Positions 58,782 to 64,000 of a stretch of 64,000 bases of DNA are shown here, in pieces. The notes below the pieces were generated by a model, which saw only the letters and a list, made by a program, of their open reading frames with translations, was not told the DNA's origin and did no database searches. Each line of letters starts with the position of its first letter. Position 1 is the stretch's first letter. The position numbers and the translations under genes are program-made. This DNA is from Candidatus Micrarchaeota archaeon. GTDB taxonomy: Archaea; Micrarchaeota; Micrarchaeia; Norongarragalinales; Norongarragalinaceae. The DNA is taken from positions 65,989-129,988 of the forward strand of contig JACPGT010000005.1 in NCBI GenBank assembly GCA_016188965.1. The letters are read 5' to 3'.

Positions 58782-59480
58782 TTACCCACCGGCCTTGCGG
58801 ACCGAACGCAACGACTGCGCATGCCGGATCAGGCCGGCCTGGCGGCCCACGCGCTCATCGATGTCCGCCAGGTAGGCGTCGATGAAATGCGCACGGGCCG
58901 CGGGCTCGAGGAACGCCTCGGCACAGGCCCGCAGACCGGCGCGGGAATGCGCCTGGAATACGTCGCCCGTTTTGGAGTGCCGGTTGAGGGAGGAAACGTC
59001 CAACAAATGGAATGAATGAAAGTTCCGCTTAGACGAAAGAAGGTGCCACAAGTTGAAAACGGTGGGCGCGTAACCCGCATTATGCAGGATGGCCAGTTCA
59101 CGCGCGAGATCCTCGATGATATCGCCATGCTCTTCCCGATAGAGATATTGAAAGGCCACGGGCTTGGATGCGTCGCCCTTGCCCACGACGGGAACCAACC
59201 GGGATGAATCCGCGTCCATCAACAATCCCTTCCAGGGTTCCTTGCCGTCCACCCGGACCATGCGCGCCGGAGGAACCGACAAACCCAATTGACGCAACTC
59301 ATCCAGGGTATGCAGCCACCGTTTCAACTGTTCCGCCGAAGTCCCCCGATCGGCCGTCTTAACGACTTGCATACGGAACGAACCGTCCGAGTAACGCACC
59401 TCGGCCTCGCGCAGCGGACCACCTTTACCGGGAGCCAGCGTCCGCATCAGCCGGATGGTTCGGATAACCGGATTTTTCAA
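58782..59480 (-). CDS. Hypothetical protein
   Basis: A 232-aa ORF on the same strand as and adjacent to the tRNA-binding protein gene. No confident family. Confidence 0.45.
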   Translation of the reverse strand: MKNPVIRTIRLMRTLAPGKGGPLREAEVRYSDGSFRMQVVKTADRGTSAEQLKRWLHTLDELRQLGLSVPPARMVRVDGKEPWKGLLMDADSSRLVPVVGKGDASKPVAFQYLYREEHGDIIEDLARELAILHNAGYAPTVFNLWHLLSSKRNFHSFHLLDVSSLNRHSKTGDVFQAHSRAGLRACAEAFLEPAARAHFIDAYLADIDERVGRQAGLIRHAQSLRSVRKAGG

Positions 59481-59619
59481 GGCGTCAGACCGACCCCGAT
59501 TTACGCCAGTGCATCGATACCATCCACAAACCCATCACCATCCGCATTGCAGACGCCGAGGAAACGTCCGCCCATAAACCCTTCGGAGTGTTTGTGGGCC
59601 TCGCACCGCCTCGACCCCC

Positions 59620-60486
59620 TCACTCCAAAACTTCCACCGCATCCACAACCCCATCACCGTTCTCATCGAATCCCTGCACCACGTGCGCCAGGTCTTCCTG
59701 GTCCCACCAATTTTTCTGCCGGGCCAGGGCCAGCACGGCCACGCGCGTCGAATTATGCGAGCCGCCGGCCAACAACAACATCCTCTTTCCGGACGAAAAC
59801 GGGCTTTCCACCGCCTGCACTACGCCGACGTCGTCGCCGTAATGCTTGCCCGTGCGCATCGAATGCACTTCGAACGAAGGCGTGAAGCGGATGGGCAGCA
59901 AGGCGTTGGCCTCATGCGACAGCATGTTGACTTTCGGCCCCCCCACTACGATCAAGTTGCCGCCGCGCAAGGCAGATGCCTGCGTGTCCAGGTAATACAA
60001 AGGATAACCCACACCGGCGAATTGCGCCAAGAAGGCCGCCAGCTCGATGGATGCGAATTCGGAACCCCGGGCCCGGAATGCGCCGTGCGGTTCCGGCGAC
60101 CCCACCACCATTTTGGCGTCCAGCATTCCCTCGCGGATAAACGGCAGCAAGAACGCGGGGGCGGACTTTCGCGGCTCGGCATATGGCTTCCATTCCGATA
60201 GGGGAATGGCCAAAGCCTCGGCCGTGGCGGCGTATTTCTTCGCATACGCGCCGCCCCTCTCCTCCATGCCATGAAGCCGGATGAGCCCTTCCCGCGCCAA
60301 CAAGCGCAGATGATAATAGATGGTCTGCGGATGCATCTTCAATTGACGGCTCAATTCCGCCGCGTATTGCGGCGTCGAAAGCGCACGAAGGATGCGCAAC
60401 CGGTCCGCATTCAGTACAGCGAAAGCCGACGGCTCGACTAAAGCCGCGTTGAGCGACCGATCATCCCGAATCAGTTTAACCCGCAC
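59620..60486 (-). CDS. ArsR-type winged-helix regulator with large C-terminal domain
   Basis: GTG start. LNADRLRILRALSTPQYAAELSRQLKMHPQTIYYHLRLLAREGLI is followed by a ~190-aa uncharacterised domain. Confidence 0.6.
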   Translation of the reverse strand: MRVKLIRDDRSLNAALVEPSAFAVLNADRLRILRALSTPQYAAELSRQLKMHPQTIYYHLRLLAREGLIRLHGMEERGGAYAKKYAATAEALAIPLSEWKPYAEPRKSAPAFLLPFIREGMLDAKMVVGSPEPHGAFRARGSEFASIELAAFLAQFAGVGYPLYYLDTQASALRGGNLIVVGGPKVNMLSHEANALLPIRFTPSFEVHSMRTGKHYGDDVGVVQAVESPFSSGKRMLLLAGGSHNSTRVAVLALARQKNWWDQEDLAHVVQGFDENGDGVVDAVEVLE

Positions 60487-60613
60487 AATAATAGGATTAT
60501 CATTTTCTTTAAAATCCTATTGGAAAGCCGCACACCTGTTTGAAAGGCCCGTCAGCGGCATTTAAATATATAATGTAAAATAAACTTTACATCGAGTTTC
60601 GGAGTATCAGCAT

Positions 60614-62383
60614 ATGTGCGGCATTTTCGGAGTGGTAGGACATCGGCCCGCAGGACCCATCCTCTTGGAAGGACTGAAGAAACTGGAGTACCGCGGGTAT
60701 GATTCGTGCGGTATCGCGTCCGTCAGCGAAGGCAAGCTGCACGTCCGCAAGGGCATCGGGAAAATCGACGAAGTGGAGCAAAGACACGGCTTAAGCGGCG
60801 TGCCGGGCACCGTCGCGTTGAGCCATAGCCGCTGGGCCACGCACGGAGGAGTGACGGACCAAAACGCCCATCCGCACACCGACTGCGCCGGCAGAATCGC
60901 GATCGTGCACAACGGCATCATCGAGAACTTCCAGGAACTGAAACGAGAACTGCATCAAAAAGGACACCGCATCGCATCCCAGACGGATACCGAACTGATC
61001 GCCCATCTTTTGGAGGAATTCCCGGGCTCCTTGGAAACCAAGATGGCGCAAGCCGCGGCCCGAATCCGAGGCAGCTTCGCGCTTCTGGCCGTCAGTACCG
61101 AGGAACCCCACAAGATGGTGGCGCTTCGCTGCGAAAGCCCGCTGGTCATCGGCATTGGTTCGGACGCCATCTACGCCGCGTCCGACGTCATGCCATTCCT
61201 GGAACACACCGACCAGGCGATTTTCCTGGAAGACCACGAAATGGCAGTCATCACGCCGGGGGCCGTCTCGTTCGAGAACGTCCGAACGCGCTCATCCGTC
61301 AACAAAAAACCGAGGACGCTGCAATGGACGGCCGAACAGGCAGGAAAAGAAGGCCATCCGCACTTCATGATCAAGGAAATCCTGGAACAGCCCGCCGCCA
61401 TCCAGAACGCGATGCGCCAAGACCCGGACAAGCTGGAAAAATTCGTACAACTCATCCGCAACTCGCGTGATGTCAAATTCGTCGCCTGCGGCACGTCGCG
61501 CCACGCCGCCTTGGTGGGCCGATACGCCATAAACCGGCTCGCCGGAAAAACCGCCGAAGTCTACATCGCCTCGGAGTTCTCCTATTTCGCCGACCAAAGC
61601 ACGCCCGACACGCTCATCATCGCAGTCTCCCAAAGCGGCGAGACGGCCGACGTGCTGGTGGGCTTGCGCAAAGCCAAAGCCAAAGGCGCGAAAGTGGCAA
61701 GCATCGTCAACGTCGTCGGTTCGTCCATCGACCGCGAATCCGACGCGAGCCTTAGCTTGAACTGCGGGCCCGAAATCGCCGTCGCATCCACCAAGGCGTT
61801 CACTGCCCAATTGGTCGTCCTCTACGTGGTGGCGCATGCCTTGGCCGGAAAATCGGCGGAAGGAACCGCCGCCTTGAAGCAAGTGGCAGCTCACGCCGCG
61901 GACCTCATGCCGCAATGGAACGAAACCACCCGCGCCTTGGCCGCGTCCTGGACCGAGCACGAACACGTCTATTTCCTCGGCCGCGGCGTCAACTTTCCCG
62001 TCGCCCTCGAAGGCGCGCTCAAGCTCAAGGAAATATCCTACATCCACGCCGAAGGCATGCCCGCTGGAGAGCTCAAACACGGCACCTTAGCGCTGATCGA
62101 AACCCACACGCCGGTCGTCTTGCTGAACCCGCACGATTACACGTTCGTCGACACGCTGTCCAACGGCTCCGAAACCAAAGCCAGGGGCGCACGGCTCATC
62201 GGCGTCTCGGACAGGTCCAACGAGGCTTACGACGCGTACATCCCCCTCCCGCAAGTAGCGGAATTGTTCTACCCCTTAGTCAGCGTGCTGCCGTTGCAAT
62301 TATTGGCCTACCACGCCGCCGTGTTGAGGGGCCACGACGTTGACAGGCCGAGAAACCTCGCAAAATCCGTAACGGTTCGTTAA
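60614..62383 (+). CDS. glmS: Glutamine--fructose-6-phosphate aminotransferase
   Basis: MCGIFGVVG N-terminal nucleophile, two SIS domains and a C-terminal KSVTV-type ending. An ATTTAAAT box lies upstream. Confidence 0.95.
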   Translation: MCGIFGVVGHRPAGPILLEGLKKLEYRGYDSCGIASVSEGKLHVRKGIGKIDEVEQRHGLSGVPGTVALSHSRWATHGGVTDQNAHPHTDCAGRIAIVHNGIIENFQELKRELHQKGHRIASQTDTELIAHLLEEFPGSLETKMAQAAARIRGSFALLAVSTEEPHKMVALRCESPLVIGIGSDAIYAASDVMPFLEHTDQAIFLEDHEMAVITPGAVSFENVRTRSSVNKKPRTLQWTAEQAGKEGHPHFMIKEILEQPAAIQNAMRQDPDKLEKFVQLIRNSRDVKFVACGTSRHAALVGRYAINRLAGKTAEVYIASEFSYFADQSTPDTLIIAVSQSGETADVLVGLRKAKAKGAKVASIVNVVGSSIDRESDASLSLNCGPEIAVASTKAFTAQLVVLYVVAHALAGKSAEGTAALKQVAAHAADLMPQWNETTRALAASWTEHEHVYFLGRGVNFPVALEGALKLKEISYIHAEGMPAGELKHGTLALIETHTPVVLLNPHDYTFVDTLSNGSETKARGARLIGVSDRSNEAYDAYIPLPQVAELFYPLVSVLPLQLLAYHAAVLRGHDVDRPRNLAKSVTVR

Positions 62384-62486
62384 CGACAAGGCAAAAAGAA
62401 GAAATGAAAAAAAAAGAAACCATAAAAAGCGCCGCATCCGTCAAGAAACCTCCCGTTTTTAAAATCTTCCGGAACTGAAAACCCCA

Positions 62487-63122
62487 ATGCCCACCCACGC
62501 CGTATTGTTGGACCTTGACGGCGTCCTGTTGGATTCCCGCGACGCCTTGGTCAACCTCTACCAGGACATGATCCGCGAGTTCGGCCTGCCGCTCCGCTCG
62601 CGCGACGACATCCTGGAATGCAGCGGAAAGACCGAAGAACAATGGATCCGGACCATGGCGCCGGAAATGGACGAAGCCGTCCTGAAAACAGCCATCCAGT
62701 GGTGCGAGTCCCACTACGCCCAATCCTATCTGCCCGTCTTTGCCAAACCGATGCCCGGCGCCAAGGAACTGCTATACCACCTGCAGGCGCGGCGGGTCAA
62801 GAAAGCCATCGTCACCAACCAATCCAAAGCCCAATCCGTCGCCTCGCTCAAACTCATCGGTTACGGCGGCATCGACGCCGTCGTCACCTATGAAGACGTG
62901 GAAAAACCCAAGCCCGATGCCGCCCCCCTACGACGCGCCCTCGAATTGCTCGGCGTACCCGCCCAAAACGCGCTCTACGTCGGCGACACGCAAATCGATC
63001 TGGATGCAGGAATTGCCGCCGGTGTGCGCACCATCCTTCTGAAAGCGCCGTGGAACGCCCACGTGCAGGCCGACAAAGTCGCCGAATTGGACGACATCCT
63101 GGTGAAGATGTACAATGCCTGA
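62487..63122 (+). CDS. HAD-superfamily phosphatase
   Basis: LLDLDGVLLDS (DxDxV motif), VTNQSK and VGDTQIDLDAG. A TTTTTAAAA box lies about 28 nt upstream. Confidence 0.8.
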   Translation: MPTHAVLLDLDGVLLDSRDALVNLYQDMIREFGLPLRSRDDILECSGKTEEQWIRTMAPEMDEAVLKTAIQWCESHYAQSYLPVFAKPMPGAKELLYHLQARRVKKAIVTNQSKAQSVASLKLIGYGGIDAVVTYEDVEKPKPDAAPLRRALELLGVPAQNALYVGDTQIDLDAGIAAGVRTILLKAPWNAHVQADKVAELDDILVKMYNA

Positions 63123-63174
63123 AACCACTACGGCTCCAACGGCCGCAACGACCCGAAGACAAAAAAACAAACCC

Positions 63175-64000
63175 ATGCAAAGCCGCTTTGAAAAAGAGGC
63201 CAACCGAAGCCACGACCCCGACACCTCCAACCACGCACCCACCGCAGTCATCCTGGCCGCCGGACGTGGCCGCCGCCTGTGGCCCGTGGGCGAAAGCCTG
63301 CCCAAATGCATGATCCGCATCCTCGGAAAACCCCTCATCGAATGGGTGTTGGAAGCAGTCCTCCCGCATTGCCGAAAAGCGGTCATCGTCGTCGGCTACA
63401 AGAATGAACTCGTCACCGACTACTTCTCCAAGAAACCGTACGCAAGCCAACTGGAATTCGTCGAACAGGCCGAACAGAAAGGCACGGCGCACGCCCTGCT
63501 ACAAGCCAAAGAACGCGTCCGCGGACCTTTCTTCACCGTCAACGGCGACAGTTTCGCCGAACCCCGGTTCTACAGCGAATTCACCCAACAGATGCAACGG
63601 CAACCCGGCCAGTGGTTCGGCATGGCGAAAAACATGGAAGACGCCCGGCCCTTCGGCCTCATCCACCAAAAAGACGGCCGAATCGTTTCCTTCGAAGAAA
63701 AACCAAAACAACCCCAGGGAGGCCTCGTCGCGCTGGGCAATTATTACCTTCCCGACGCGTTCTTCTCCTACCTTGAAAACGTACCCCTTTCGGCCCGCGG
63801 AGAATACGAATTGACCGACGCACTCAACGCGTTCTGCAGCGAACACGCATTGACGGCCCACGCCTTCGACGGCTTCCGAAGCGAAGTCACGTATTTCTGG
63901 GACCACCTCGACTTGAACATCCACGCCTTGGAAAACCTCATGGAAGAAAAAAACGAAGGCACGATTGAACCGGGCGCCGTGCTCGAAGGCAAGCTATTCC
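63175..64000 (+). CDS. Sugar-1-phosphate nucleotidyltransferase (GlmU-like N-terminal domain), 3' end outside window
   Basis: The ORF track omits it because it has no stop in the window. By hand translation, the frame from ATG 63175 reads AVILAAGRGRRLWPVGESLPKCMIRILGKPLIEWV...EQAEQKGTAHAL...GEYELTDAL and stays open to 64000. Confidence 0.8.
   Translation, partial: MQSRFEKEANRSHDPDTSNHAPTAVILAAGRGRRLWPVGESLPKCMIRILGKPLIEWVLEAVLPHCRKAVIVVGYKNELVTDYFSKKPYASQLEFVEQAEQKGTAHALLQAKERVRGPFFTVNGDSFAEPRFYSEFTQQMQRQPGQWFGMAKNMEDARPFGLIHQKDGRIVSFEEKPKQPQGGLVALGNYYLPDAFFSYLENVPLSARGEYELTDALNAFCSEHALTAHAFDGFRSEVTYFWDHLDLNIHALENLMEEKNEGTIEPGAVLEGKLF

Overview
GC-rich archaeal chromosomal segment. Archaeal markers are PCNA, RpoK, RpoL, Csl4, Taw1, class III (Flp-like) pilin signal peptides and non-canonical tRNA introns. 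It also carries many bacterial-type genes: uvrABC, nrdR-nrdAB, glmS and a MacB-type ABC transporter. A small-genome or DPANN-like lineage is my inference only. Coding density is high, and many promoters look like YTTTAAA boxes about 25-30 nt upstream of the start codon, which suggests leaderless mRNAs. Contents from left to right: a Tad/Epd-like pilus locus (ATPase, two TadB/C-like genes, three translationally coupled mini-pilins); sugar-nucleotide genes; an SPFH protein; Csl4-RpoL-signal peptidase; a VapBC pair; PCNA; an aldehyde dehydrogenase; an aspartase/fumarase-family lyase; UvrB-UvrA-UvrC; two paralogous modules encoding secreted helical glycoproteins, each divergent from a regulator gene; class I RNR with NrdR; a MacB-type ABC operon; Taw1; a Lon-like AAA+ protein; a low-GC LAGLIDADG gene abutting a disrupted tRNA-like gene; an intron-containing tRNA-Phe; a 1231-aa GH6-containing secreted glycosidase; tRNA-Gly; two more secreted paralogs; a candidate SRP RNA; and glmS with neighbouring genes. 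The most unusual signal is a family of modular hairpin repeats found at five loci. Their junction motifs are conserved (CTATAGCAAG / CTTGCTAGAC / TTGCTGTAA) and their stems are fully compensatory. Everything was read by eye, with no searches or folding programs, so gene starts and ncRNA ends are approximate.
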